A stretch of DNA of 64,000 nucleotides from an uncultured Chloroflexia bacterium. GTDB taxonomy: Bacteria > Chloroflexota > Anaerolineae > Anaerolineales > UBA4823. The stretch is from the NCBI GenBank assembly GCA_963698765.1, contig CAVOSB010000037.1, positions 90,993 to 154,992 on the forward strand, given 5' to 3'. Of this stretch, positions 30,948 to 41,114 are shown piece after piece. Under the pieces are notes generated by a model, which made no database searches, was not told the DNA's origin, and saw only the letters and a program-made list of their open reading frames with translations. The position numbers and the translations under genes were made by a program. Position 1 is the stretch's first letter; the number at the start of each line of letters is the position of its first letter.

Positions 30948-31509
30948 TTACCGGCTTTTATTCATCATATGAAATGGGTATTGCAACAAGTTCTTTACCA
31001 TTTTTTGTGTGAGAGAGGGTTTTTTTAATCCTTCGATACCCTGTTGCATACTGACCAATGCCTGGATTTTCCTTCCTGTACGTAATTGTAACGCAGAAAG
31101 AGATTGCATAACAGTTGCTCGAAGCTGGTCATCCCCGGATATTTCCAATAAGTTGGCACACCGTTGATAAGCCGAAAGAGCATCTTCGAATCGACCTAGA
31201 GCCTCAAGCGCAGCCGCCTGGTTACCTACGGTGATTCCCTGCCCGCTTAATATCTCCAACTTCACTGTAAAACTCTTCGATCCCTTGCAGCTCATCCAAT
31301 GCATCGCCAGCTTGCCCAGCCTGTAAAAATGCAACGCTGCAGTTATTCGCCATTTCAGCAGCTTTCGACCAATCACCTGCAATCTCCAAACCACTCCGTG
31401 CAGCGTGGAATGATACTGCCGAATCAAGATATCGCTGTTTTTGATAAAGCGACATTCCCTCCTGTGCCAGGCTTTGAGGATCGATCGTTTCAACCATTTT
31501 GTAAATCAA
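30948..31509 (-). pseudogene. TPR-repeat protein, frame break near 31235
   Basis: ORFs 31222-31509 and 30948-31493 overlap in different frames. Both contain TPR-like helices (YQKQRYLDSAVSFHAA..., GNQAAALEALGRFEDALSAYQRCANLL). Confidence 0.55.
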
Positions 31510-32192
31510 TATGTAATTTCGAGGATACCTTCTGCGATGGAGCGCAGTTTATCTGCCGACATATTGCTGAGGCGCTTTGCGAGCTCAAGATATGGGCGGT
31601 TTTCATGCCCGCTTACAAAAATCTGTAGGTCTTCCGGCAGCTCAAGGAAATCTCGCTGGATTTGCTGCCGCACGGTCCATTTCCCCGCGATGCCATCGTT
31701 ATCCTGAAAATCCTGTATCGAAAGATCGAGATTAACAGCCACCGTTTCTAATTGTGGTAGCTCAATTGGGATTTTTCCCAGCTCAATGGCTTCCAAATCA
31801 ACAGAACTCATCCTCGTCTTTTGGCTTAATTCTTCGACGGATAATTTCTTATTCAACCTTGCTTGCTTAATCATTGCTCCAATGATTCTTCCTCGGATTT
31901 GGATGAGCCGGGGGATATTGTAGAAAATATTATCCGCCTGGCTTTCGGAGTACTGCTTGCCTGACCAGAATTCATCAACAGGCACATCCAGGAAATAAGC
32001 GATGAATTCAAGCTGTGGAAGTGACGGCGACCTCTTACCCAGCTCGAATGCCTCAAATTCATTGTCCGTAAGCTCAAGAAATTTAGCGCAATCTGAGATT
32101 GATTTTCCTGATGAAAGCCGAGCTTCTCGGATGATAGTGCCAAGGATTTTAGACCGAACCAACTGTGAATTTGACTCAGAATTCATATGCAT
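31506..32192 (-). CDS. XRE-family protein with two helix-turn-helix domains
   Basis: 228-aa ORF with two HTH_3-like units (IIREARLSSGKSISDCAKFLELTDNEFEAFELG and MIKQARLNKKLSVEELSQKTRMSSVDLEAIELG). Confidence 0.7.
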   Translation of the reverse strand: MHMNSESNSQLVRSKILGTIIREARLSSGKSISDCAKFLELTDNEFEAFELGKRSPSLPQLEFIAYFLDVPVDEFWSGKQYSESQADNIFYNIPRLIQIRGRIIGAMIKQARLNKKLSVEELSQKTRMSSVDLEAIELGKIPIELPQLETVAVNLDLSIQDFQDNDGIAGKWTVRQQIQRDFLELPEDLQIFVSGHENRPYLELAKRLSNMSADKLRSIAEGILEITY

Positions 32193-32279
32193 TTCTCGCA
32201 GTTTTAGGAAGCAAGGCTGGGGATGGAATCACAATCAAGGAAATTAACTCGGTTTTCAACTGAATAAATCATCTTTATC

Positions 32280-32970
32280 TTACAGGGGCGGCATGGTATA
32301 TCCCAGCCCTGAACGAGTCACGATATGCTGCGGATTTTTTGCATCCGTTTCCAGTTTTTGCCTCAGCCGGGAGATGCTCACCCATAATATTTCTTTATCT
32401 TCACGATATTCCGTTCCCCACACGTCGACTAAAAGCTGTTCTGATGTCAGCACACTTCCGACATTGTGGGCGAATTGTAAAAGCAAGCGATACTCTGTAG
32501 CCGATAAATAGACGATCCGATCATCCTTAAACACTTCTGCCCGCGCAAAATCGATTCTCAAATTTGCATGGTTAAAAATTGTCTGTTGAAACGAGCTCCC
32601 GATATTCTGAGCGCGTCTGTAATACTGCACGTACGCGTGCTAATAATTCTGTGGCGGAGAATGGTTTGACAATATAATCATCCGCACCGAGATCGAGACC
32701 GCGCACACGATCGTTTTCATTTCCGCGCGCGGTAACAATGATGATGGGAACGGTCGAGAACTCACGAATACGCTGGCAAGCTGCAAAGCCATCGAGTACA
32801 GGCATCATCACATCAAGCAAAACCAGGTCGGGGTGTTTATCTCCCACCATGTGGACGGCTTCCTGACCGTTGGTGGCTTTAAGCACCCTGTAACCTTCGG
32901 TAATAAGATTGGCTTCCATCAAGCGCAAATATCGTGGTTCGTCATCTACGATCAAAATGCTACCAATCAT
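32280..32970 (-). pseudogene. OmpR-family response regulator, frame break near 32620
   Basis: The receiver lies in ORF 32572-32994 (MIGSILIVDDEP...VLLDVMMPVLDG...KPFSATELLARV). The winged helix lies in ORF 32280-32630 (LSATEYRLLLQFAHNVGSVLT...LGYTM). The start at 32970 follows GAGGAGG. Confidence 0.8.
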
Positions 32971-32980
32971 TTTGTCCTCC

Positions 32981-34217
32981 TCAACTTTGACCAATGTCCG
33001 ATTTTTGAAGCAGCGGCAGGTAGATTTGAAAAGTGGTTCCGAGACCTAAATGTGACTGGGCATCGATTTCACCATCGTGAGCTTGAATAATCTTCCTCGT
33101 GATATAAAGACCTAATCCTGACCCGCGCACACTGGTGCTGGATTGCTGGACTCGATAAAAACGCTGAAAAATCCGATCAAGGTGTTCGGAAGCTATCCCG
33201 GGACCATAATCCTGCACCGAGATGCGTGCTTGGAGGTTCTTTTTATCCAATATTAATTTAATGGGTGAGCCAGGTGCATATTTAGTCGCATTGCTTACGA
33301 TATTGTCAAAAACCTGGGTTAACCGTGTCGGATCAGCAGATACCTGTAATCCAGGGGTCCTTAACTCAAGATCAACGCGCAGGTCTTCATGCATTGACCG
33401 GACACGAAGTGAAAGCTCTTTCAAGAATGTGTCCAACCTGACGGTCTGGAACGCCATCTGCAGAGTTCCCGCTTGCAGTCGGGAAAAGTCGAGCAAATTG
33501 TCGATCAGGTTTCTTTAACCTGTCAGATTCCTCGTCTATGATCGAAAGAAATTCCCGGCGAGTAGACTCATCCCAGGAAGTATCCTCCCTCAGAAGCGTG
33601 GTCGCATAACCTTTGATGAAACCGAGTGGAGTTAAAAGCTCGTGTGAAATCATGGCAATAAAATCATCCTGCAGGCTGTCCAACCGCCGTTTGGCTTCCA
33701 GATTGGCAATTTGATTTACCAGCTGTTTGCGCTCGAGTATTTGAGCAACATGCAGCGCGATAAATTCTGCCAGGTTGATTTGATCGGGAGTAAAGACCGG
33801 ACCGCCGAACCGAATAAAAACCAGGACGCCTTTGGATTGCCCGGCAAGCCTGAGGGGTAAACCCAAGAAGTGCCTGATATCTGTTCGATCTGTTGATCCG
33901 CCGTCCAGTTGTTCGAATCGGGTCGTCGTCCTGCCGTTCTGGAAAGCTTCGTGCGCCACCACTTCTCCCCATGCCAGGTCCGCTTCCCTGAACCGGCCTC
34001 GTCCTATCGCCCTGGCGTATGTAGGGTCGAGTCCATTCTCCGGCAGTTTTTCATACATTACAATATTGTCAAAGATAAAGATGGGACGGGCGATTTTAAC
34101 GATTGTATCCAGGGCAGCTTCAGTGCTGATTGCTGAAGCAACAGCCTGGCTGAGCGTGTAAACTGCATCAAGCTCTTGCGGTTGTAATTGAACAGCGCCG
34201 TTATTCTGATCAGCCAT
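32981..34217 (-). pseudogene. GAF-domain sensor histidine kinase, frame break at 33508-33509
   Basis: ORF 33387-34217 holds the GAF region and the H-box (MISHELLTPLGFIKG). ORF 32981-33496 holds the HATPase (NIVSNATKYA, DYGPGI, GSGLGLYI). Removing one C restores DRLKKLIDNLLDFSRLQAG. Confidence 0.8.
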
Positions 34218-34377
34218 ATCTGCTTACCTATGCGATTTAATAATCATACCATAAGGGCCTATGCACAGATTTTACGATCGAAATTGATACTTTCGTTAAC
34301 CTGCACCTCGATTGTAAAGATTTTGTAAGGTTTGCCAGATTTTGGATCGATGATAATAATTTCGATGATCGTCTGAG

Positions 34378-34800
34378 GTGGAAACTATAAAAATGGCTGA
34401 CGTAAACGGATTGGTCCGCATTTTAATTATCGATGATGATTGGGAGACTACGGAATTATTCAAAATCCTTCTCGAACCGCATCAATTTGAAGTGGTCACG
34501 TCGAACTCCGGTCAGGAAGGGATTAAGCTGGCTGCCGAAATAGAGCCTGATGTCATCATGGTTGATTTATTAATGCCTGAAATGAACGGTCTCACGGTGT
34601 GTGACGAAGTCCGCAAGTTCAGCAATGTGCCAATTCTGATGTTAACAGCGATCAGTAAGCCAGGGACGCTTTCAGAAGCACTTGAGCATGGAGCAGACGA
34701 CTACCTGATTAAACCTGTGAAAAGCAGTGTTTTAACTGCGCACCTCAAGAAACTTGTTCGCCGCGAACGACTTAACCGCCAGGCTGATAAATCCCGATAA
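34378..34800 (+). CDS. single-domain response regulator
   Basis: VRILIIDDD...VIMVDLLMPEMNG...KPV is a receiver fold. An ATG at 34393 is an alternative start. Confidence 0.8.
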   Translation: METIKMADVNGLVRILIIDDDWETTELFKILLEPHQFEVVTSNSGQEGIKLAAEIEPDVIMVDLLMPEMNGLTVCDEVRKFSNVPILMLTAISKPGTLSEALEHGADDYLIKPVKSSVLTAHLKKLVRRERLNRQADKSR

Positions 34801-34872
34801 ATATAAAAATCTAATTCTCTATGAAGGTTCGGGCACTTGGGTTAAAATTATGGAAAATCCAGGAGAAAACCA

Positions 34873-35169
34873 GTGCAGATCTGTTCCAAGTGCCAATCAC
34901 AATTACCAGATTCAACCAGTTTATGCTATTCCTGTGGTTCAGATTTGCGGGAATGGTCGAATAGTGCTGTCGCTTTAAAGAGGATGCGGGCGAATGCACG
35001 TGTAAATTACGTTCGCATATCAGTCTCCCATGACTGCTGTCCGGCCTGCCGGGCAGCTGAAGGGGCGTATGCGAAAGATATGACCCCACCCTTGCCGATT
35101 GACGGCTGTTCATACAGCCTGGGCTGCCGTTGTTTCTATCAACCTGCCCTGGAAGTCATTTATCCTTAA
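34873..35169 (+). CDS. cysteine-rich zinc-ribbon protein, function unknown
   Basis: 98-aa ORF with a GTG start. It has an N-terminal CSKC...CYSC ribbon and a C-terminal CCPAC...GC...GCRC cluster. I recognise no family. Confidence 0.45.
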   Translation: MQICSKCQSQLPDSTSLCYSCGSDLREWSNSAVALKRMRANARVNYVRISVSHDCCPACRAAEGAYAKDMTPPLPIDGCSYSLGCRCFYQPALEVIYP

Positions 35170-35179
35170 ACATCGGTAC

Positions 35180-36707
35180 CTACTGCTCAAAAGAACTATT
35201 GGTGTTTTTGTCCAGAATTTGAGCTTCTTTCATGCAGAGGCGTGCAAATTCGAGGGCTTGTGCCCGTGATTGGATTTCACCGCTGGCCTGTGCTTCCCTG
35301 GCGAGACTTAATATTTGCCCAATCAACGGCCCGGGTTTTATCTTGAATTCCTCAAGTAAATCAGAGCCAGTTATTAAACTGGGGGAGATACCAGTTCATC
35401 AGCCAGCTCCCACCAACTTTCGAGTAAAGTGCGAATCACATCGACCAGGAATATCCATTTCGCCTGAGGTAACTCCGTCCCATAAGTTGCGAGGGTATCA
35501 GCCAGCGAGAGCAGGCAGATATCCACTCCAGTTTCTCCTGTTGCTTGAAAAAACCTGTAAACGCTGCGCCGAGCTGGCAGTTCACCTGCCTGAGCTAATA
35601 AAATGGGACGCATGTGGTTTTTTATTATTCTGGAAATACGATCGCATTCCAAACGGCTCAATCTGAGTATCCGGGCGCGAAGGGAAGCACATTGAGCTCC
35701 GATGAGTTCGTGTTTGTAAAAATGTACATCACCAGTCCCATCCACCGTACGGGTCGTAGGTTTCCCGACATCATGATACAACGCAGATAGCAATAGCAAT
35801 CCGGTGAGAGACCTGCCGGGAACCAATGAAGTTTTCAGATGTTCATCCAAATGCCTGCGAAATCTCCCAAGCTTCGCTGATATCAATCCCGTAATCCAAT
35901 TAGGATTTGATTTAGTATCATAATGTATGGAGAGAATTTCTAAAACCTGGTGTAATTTTTGAACGGTGTCCAGCGAGTGAGAAAACGCGTCTGAGATGTG
36001 CGGAGGCGCGGCAGCCACTGCCTTGAGCACCTCCATTTCTGGGAGCATGAACTTCAGCGCACCGACAACATCCAATCCTCGCAAGACGGAAGCAGGACGG
36101 GCTCCTCCAAAAATGCGGAATAGCTCATCCCGCAATCGGTCTTGAGAAATGCTTTCCATGTACGGGATTGCCGGATACATCCCCGCCTTCGTTCCGGATG
36201 AAAAAGTGAGATTAAAATCGGAAGCCTGGCGGAATGCACGCGGGATGCGAATAGGATCATCTACAAAAGAATGGTTGGAGCATACGTGCAGGGACTTGTT
36301 CCGAAGATCTTTAGCTCCACCCAGCGGATCGATAAGTGTGTCCAGATCGCGCAAGGATACAGCCATAGCATTAACGGTAAAATCCCGATTGCGGAGATCA
36401 GTCTCGAGATCCTGACCCTGAAATGCTGCAAAGTCAAGAGTCCATCGTTTGCTATCCCATTCGTCTACTATCACTCGCCCGATATCTCGACTGATGTCAA
36501 GTGGGTAAAATGCTGCTCGAAGATGATTTGCCACCCGGCGTGCGGTATCGATGGCATGATTGGGGAGGGTAAAATCCAAATCGGTGATCGGTCTGGCCAG
36601 CAAGGAGTCGCGAAATCGCCCCTCCGACCAGGTACACTTCACTGTCAATCGGAATGGCGGGTTGAATTTTTGTTTAAAATTTCTACCGGTAGACTGAAGG
36701 CAGACAA
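35180..36707 (-). pseudogene. cca: CCA-adding enzyme / poly(A) polymerase family with HD domain, at least 3 frame breaks (~35375, ~36615, ~36650)
   Basis: Hand tracing gives (TTG 36707) SAFSLPVEIL..., then EVYLVGGA, then RDSLLARPITDLDF... and the HD region (ALYHDVGKP) in ORF 35374-36846. After its stop the sequence continues LITGSDLLEEFKIKPGPLIGQILSLAREAQASGEIQSRAQALEFARL, ending at the stop at 35180-35182. Confidence 0.7.
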
Positions 36708-36709
36708 AA

Positions 36710-37264
36710 TTACTCTTCTGGGCGGTAGCGGTTAAGGTCAACGGTTGCAATGAAGGGTAGATTGCGATAATACTCATCCATATCGAGCCCGTAACCAAAA
36801 ACGAATTCATTTGGGATGACGAATCCACAATAATGAATCGGTACATCTACCTCACGCCGGTCAGGTTTATCCAGCAGCGTACAGACCCGCAAGCTGTTTG
36901 GGTGTCGAGTGTTTAATAATTCAATGACCGAGGAGATTGTGTTTCCGCTGTCGACGATATCTTCAACAAGCAAGACATTCCTGCCGTAAATATCTGATTT
37001 CAAATCTAAAGAGATGCGAATTTGCCCGGTCGTGTGCCGCTCGGTCCCGTAAGATGAAATTGCCATAAAGTCGATGGTATGAGGCACCTGAATATGGCGC
37101 ATTAAATCTCCAAGGAAGAGCACCCCTCCGCGCAGAATGCAGATGAGATGTAGGTCCTGATGTGAATAATCGCGGCTGATTTCCTCTCCCAGCTCAATAA
37201 TCCGGTTTTGTAACGCTTCTTCGTTGACCAAGATTTTATCGAGGAAGTCTTTGTAATTCTGCAT
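36710..37264 (-). CDS. hpt: hypoxanthine phosphoribosyltransferase
   Basis: The PRPP-binding motif is VLLVEDIVDSGNT, with the typical flanks (ICILRGG, FVIPNEFVFGYGLD). The start at MQNYKD (37264) lies 2 nt after the tdk stop. Confidence 0.85.
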   Translation of the reverse strand: MQNYKDFLDKILVNEEALQNRIIELGEEISRDYSHQDLHLICILRGGVLFLGDLMRHIQVPHTIDFMAISSYGTERHTTGQIRISLDLKSDIYGRNVLLVEDIVDSGNTISSVIELLNTRHPNSLRVCTLLDKPDRREVDVPIHYCGFVIPNEFVFGYGLDMDEYYRNLPFIATVDLNRYRPEE

Positions 37265-37266
37265 GC

Positions 37267-37839
37267 TCAATCCTTTGGTACCTGATGATGAGCCCGGCAC
37301 CGGGCCTCATAAAGTTCGGCTGCTCCGACGATAACCACCGGGTCGTTGTAATGAGCAGGCTTATCGTTGACAAGACGCTGAGTACGGCTTGCCGGTTCTC
37401 CACAAATCATGCAAATCGCATGCAGCTTATCGACATCTTCAGCTTTTGCCATAATGATTGGCATGGGGCCAAAAGGTTCACCACGAAAGTCGGTATCCAG
37501 CCCGGCAACAATAACTCGAATACCTCTCTCTGCCAGCTGTTGAACTACCTGTATGATCTCGTTTTCAAAAAATTGGGCTTCATCTACGGCGACCACTGTG
37601 GTATCGCTGTCGGTTTTCTCAAGGATTTCCCGGGCAAAATTGATGGGGATGGCATCAAACTCATTTCCGGCGTGAGATTTGACTTTAACTGTACTATAGC
37701 GAATATCCAATGATGGCTTGAACACCTGCACTTTTTGTCTTGCGATCGTTGCTCGCCTCAGCCGTCTGATCAGTTCATCGGTCTTCCCGCAAAACATTGA
37801 CCCCGTGATGACTTCGATTGAACCGGTGTGGTGTTTCAT
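37267..37839 (-). CDS. tdk: thymidine kinase
   Basis: P-loop [14 protein letters not shown], the motif AVDEAQFF and the C-terminal zinc motif CMICGEPA...RCRAHH. Confidence 0.9.
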   Translation of the reverse strand: MKHHTGSIEVITGSMFCGKTDELIRRLRRATIARQKVQVFKPSLDIRYSTVKVKSHAGNEFDAIPINFAREILEKTDSDTTVVAVDEAQFFENEIIQVVQQLAERGIRVIVAGLDTDFRGEPFGPMPIIMAKAEDVDKLHAICMICGEPASRTQRLVNDKPAHYNDPVVIVGAAELYEARCRAHHQVPKD

Positions 37840-37951
37840 TCATCACCTCGCTTGGTATTTGACCGTATTTTCCGCTCTGACATTCTATCGGTATTATAGT
37901 CTGTTCTGATGACCTGAATTACGTATGTAAACAGGTACACGTTCAATATTT

Positions 37952-37981
37952 GAAAAGAAAAAGCAGGTGAGAGCCACCTGC
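37952..37981 (-). terminator. rho-independent terminator of the rplU-rpmA-rpmE operon
   Basis: On the minus strand GCAGGTG (37975-37981) pairs with CACCTGC (37963-37969) across a 5-nt loop, followed by TTTTTCTTTTC. Confidence 0.65.
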
Positions 37982-38062
37982 TTAATCCTGTTATTTACTA
38001 CAAGGAAACTATCTATTTACACTAATAACCTAGCCAGACAGGCTATCTTCTAAGGGAAGGTT

Positions 38063-38536
38063 TTATACAACAATTTCCTTGGCGGCCTCAGGTAATTCAT
38101 ATCCGAAATATCGGAGGCGTTTCTTCAAATCTGCCAGGGATTTTCGACCAAATCCATCGATCGCAAGCAAGGCTGCTTCACCATCAGAAAGTCTTTCCAG
38201 TATTTGACCTACAGTTGTAATTCCCGCTTTGGTCAAGGATTCCTGAGCGCGCGTCCCCAACTCCAATTCAGCAACTGGCCTCTCGAGCGAGGTTCGGGCT
38301 GATTTACGTGCTTCCTGATCATCCAGGAACTGCTGGCGTACCTGCAGCTTCTTATAAAACCGGTCGACCTGACCCTCGCTATCGACAATGCGTTGCTCAC
38401 CTGTATAAAATGGATGGCAATTCGAGCACACATCCGTGCGGATCAATTTTTTAGTTGACCCGGTTGTCCAGGTATTTCCACAAGAACAGATGACCTGAGC
38501 ATCTGTGTAGTAAGTAGGATGAATATCTTTTCTCAT
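38063..38536 (-). CDS. rpmE: ribosomal protein L31 (type A, Zn-binding) fused to an RNA polymerase alpha-CTD-like helix-hairpin-helix domain
   Basis: Residues 1-65 are MRKDIHPTYY...CSCG...CSNCHPFYTGEQR..GQVDRF, which is L31. Residues about 85-150 are RPVAELELGTRAQESLTKAGITTVGQILERLSDGEAALLAIDGFGRKSLADLKKRL. This aligns by eye with the E. coli and B. subtilis alpha-CTD ([35 protein letters not shown]). Confidence 0.85.
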   Translation of the reverse strand: MRKDIHPTYYTDAQVICSCGNTWTTGSTKKLIRTDVCSNCHPFYTGEQRIVDSEGQVDRFYKKLQVRQQFLDDQEARKSARTSLERPVAELELGTRAQESLTKAGITTVGQILERLSDGEAALLAIDGFGRKSLADLKKRLRYFGYELPEAAKEIVV

Positions 38537-38551
38537 GACTTAGTCCTGTCT

Positions 38552-38819
38552 TTATTCTGCTTTCTCCTGAGGCATCACGCTGACACGCTTCCGATCATCT
38601 CGGATGGTTTCGTAAACCACAATCCCATCCGTGGTTGCAAAAAGCGTATCATCTTTCCCAACCCCAACGTTAATACCTGGTTTGATGCGAGTCCCCGCGT
38701 TGCCTGACCAGGATATTCCCAGAGAGGACCTGTTCCCCACTGAACACTTTCACTCCCAATCGCTGGCTCTGGCTGTCACGTCCGTTGCGGCTGGATCCGC
38801 CGCCTTTTTTATGTGCCAT
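38552..38819 (-). pseudogene. rpmA: ribosomal protein L27, frame break in G4 run (38693-38696)
   Basis: Hand translation from ATG 38817-38819 gives [42 protein letters not shown]. Then ORF 38552-38740 supplies [28 protein letters not shown]. Removing one G joins the two. Confidence 0.85.
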
Positions 38820-38896
38820 GGTTACCTCTGAAATCCCTTACTGTGAAACGTGGTCTGCTGGCTGGTTTCGTGCGAAAAAACAGCAGATCAATCGTT

Positions 38897-39221
38897 TTAT
38901 TTTCCATTTTCCGCTATCGCCTCAATTTGAAGGCGAGTATATTTCTGCCGGTGACCGGTCTTAACCCGTACACGTTTCTTGGGCTTATATCTAAATACAG
39001 TCAATTTCGGTCCTTTGAATTGCGAGACAACTGATGCCTTCACATTTGCTTTTTCCAAAATCGGCTTGCCCAGACTCACTTTATCGCCGTCGACTGATCA
39101 TTAAAACCCTTTGGAGATTTACTTCATCTCCAGGTTCTGATTCGAAGAAATCGACTTCGATCGTGCCTCCTTCAACGGCAGTGTACTGTTTTCCACCATC
39201 TTCAACGATTGCATATTTCAT
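38897..39221 (-). pseudogene. rplU: ribosomal protein L21, frame break near 39093
   Basis: Hand translation from ATG 39219-39221 gives [43 protein letters not shown]. After a 1-nt shift it continues [22 protein letters not shown]...[11 protein letters not shown] (ORF 38897-39079). Confidence 0.85.
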
Positions 39222-39343
39222 AGAAAGCTCCTCCAAGCTTCACTTCGCCGGACAAGCAGCGGTCAATCCGCGGCAGTTCGGGGAATTTGGGGATAAACGT
39301 AATGCTATCCCGACAAAATGCCTGCCGGGACAGAGCGGGCTGT

Positions 39344-39373
39344 ATTATAACGGGGGAAACGGCAGATTGTCAA
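39344..39373 (-). promoter_or_regulatory. sigma-70-type promoter for rplU operon (TTGACA-N18-TATAAT)
   Basis: On the minus strand TTGACA lies at 39368-39373 and TATAAT at 39344-39349. This is about 120 nt upstream of the rplU ATG. Confidence 0.55.
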
Positions 39374-39565
39374 CTGATTTGCAATTTTTATCCTCGAATC
39401 GATTTAAAGACCAGATATTATTGGCAAGAACCTAACAGAAATCAGTGTCCCAGGCAATACATTCTAAAAAGTATTTTACTATGCGAAAAATCTAGTATAA
39501 TAAAATACCGAATTTGCGGCAGGGAGTGGTAGTTACAGTCCGTCTCTCAGTAATTAATCTTATCG

Positions 39566-41114
39566 GTGATGAGAGTGTACTCGGTTGAGCCACGTTTTCT
39601 CTCGATTAGGCAGGCGATGAGGATGGGTTCCACTCTGAAAATATCTGCTGTAGACCGAATCAGAAATCCACTACTGTCGATTGCGGTATTTTTACTTGCA
39701 TTCCTGTCCTCCTGTTCTGAAACGAAATCCATCATAGTCACACAAGATTGGCAAACCATTTCTCCGGTACTCAGGGAGATGTACGATCACCTGGGGGGAA
39801 GTGAGGTCCTTGGACCAGCTATCTCATTACCTACAGAAGAAGATGGAAGGACCAGCCAATACACTCGAGCAGCGAAACTGGAATTTGATCAAACCCGACC
39901 GGTAAACACAAGATTTCGTCTGCTGCCGATCGGAGTGGAATTGGGATATGTTGAATTTCCAAAACCGCCATTCGATTTCCACAATGAAAGTCTGTGCAGC
40001 GCGCACCAGGTTGCACCCATGTTTCTGGCGATGTATGAGAAACTTGGAAAGGAATTCATCGGCTGTCCGATCTCCGAATTACGCTTCAATCCATCACGAA
40101 ATCGGTTCGAGCAGTACTTTGAAAACCTGGGTTTGTACCGACTGAAGGGTACTGATTCGGTCCATACACTCGATTGGGGTTGGATTGCATGTGGTGACCC
40201 TTGTCTTAACTCTCCCTTGAAAAAGGATACAGTTTACAGCATTGCAAATCCAGGATATGTGGATCTGCAGTACCACCTGCATCCAGTCTTCAAGGAATTT
40301 GCCAATCGCCTTGGAACCGACCTGACAGGGTTTCCTTTAAGCGATCCGCATATAAACAAGGATGGCCGTTTTGACCAGGTAATGGAAAAGGGTCGTACTT
40401 TCGGCTACCTCGCCTAATTCACCAGAGACTGTGACTTTACGCTCGCTTTCGAAAGAATTCCATATACCTGTCGCCAATCCGAGACCTTTCAGACAAGCGC
40501 CTGGATTTTATTTATATAAAACCTTTAACGAATTAGGGTATGAGATCCCGGAAGAAGTCTGGGTGTATATTCTCGATCATGGGGGGGTCGAAGTGATTGG
40601 AGCACCGATCACTCACCTTACAGTAGAAGAAGATCAATTATTTTCGCAGTGTTTCGTGAACCTGTGTCTTTACTACGACCTGACTGAGACTGGGATGCCG
40701 CGGGTCTATCCGATGTCATTGGGATATATCTACAATTCCTTCGTCACCCCCCCAAAGAATCCTGCACCTGGAGATTTACTCGAAACCCCTGAAACTAAAG
40801 AGCGTCTCACTCTAAATGTGTGGGCGAGTATGCCGTCAGTAAAAACTAATCAACAACAAGAAATTGGAGTCATAGCATCCAGGAATGGAAATCCAGAAGC
40901 AGGTGTTACACCGATTTTGATAATTTTCATGCCAGATGGCCGTCATCTCAAAATTTCTATGTCTCCAACTGGAGACGACGGCCGGACTGGTGTGCGCTTG
41001 CCGACTTTAGACGCGGCTAGTGGAAGCATAATAAATTACGAAATTTGTGTTGAAACCGAATTAAATAAATTGTACTGTAATGGCAACAGTTTCGTTATAT
41101 GGGATAATCCTTAG
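39566..41114 (+). pseudogene. predicted lipoprotein with LGFP-like repeats, probable frame break near 40390
   Basis: The signal and lipobox are LLSIAVFLLAFLSSC. Units recur of the form (V/F)(L/I)G.P(I/L)S......Q.FE.. : VLGPAISLPTEEDGRTSQY, FIGCPISELRFNPSRNRFEQYFENLGLY, LTGFPLSDPHINKDGRFDQVMEKG, VIGAPITHLTVEEDQLFSQCFVNLCLY. Shifting frame after MEKG reads VVLSATSPNSPETVTLRSLSKEFHIPV, directly into ORF 40431-41114. Confidence 0.5.

Noticed and set aside
41078-41093. A sigma-54 promoter-like TGGCAAC-N4-TCGT. I also searched generally for TGGCAC-N5-TTGC in intergenic regions.
   Set aside because: It lies inside coding sequence, mismatches the -12 element and has no downstream gene. I found no acceptable -24/-12 promoter in this window.
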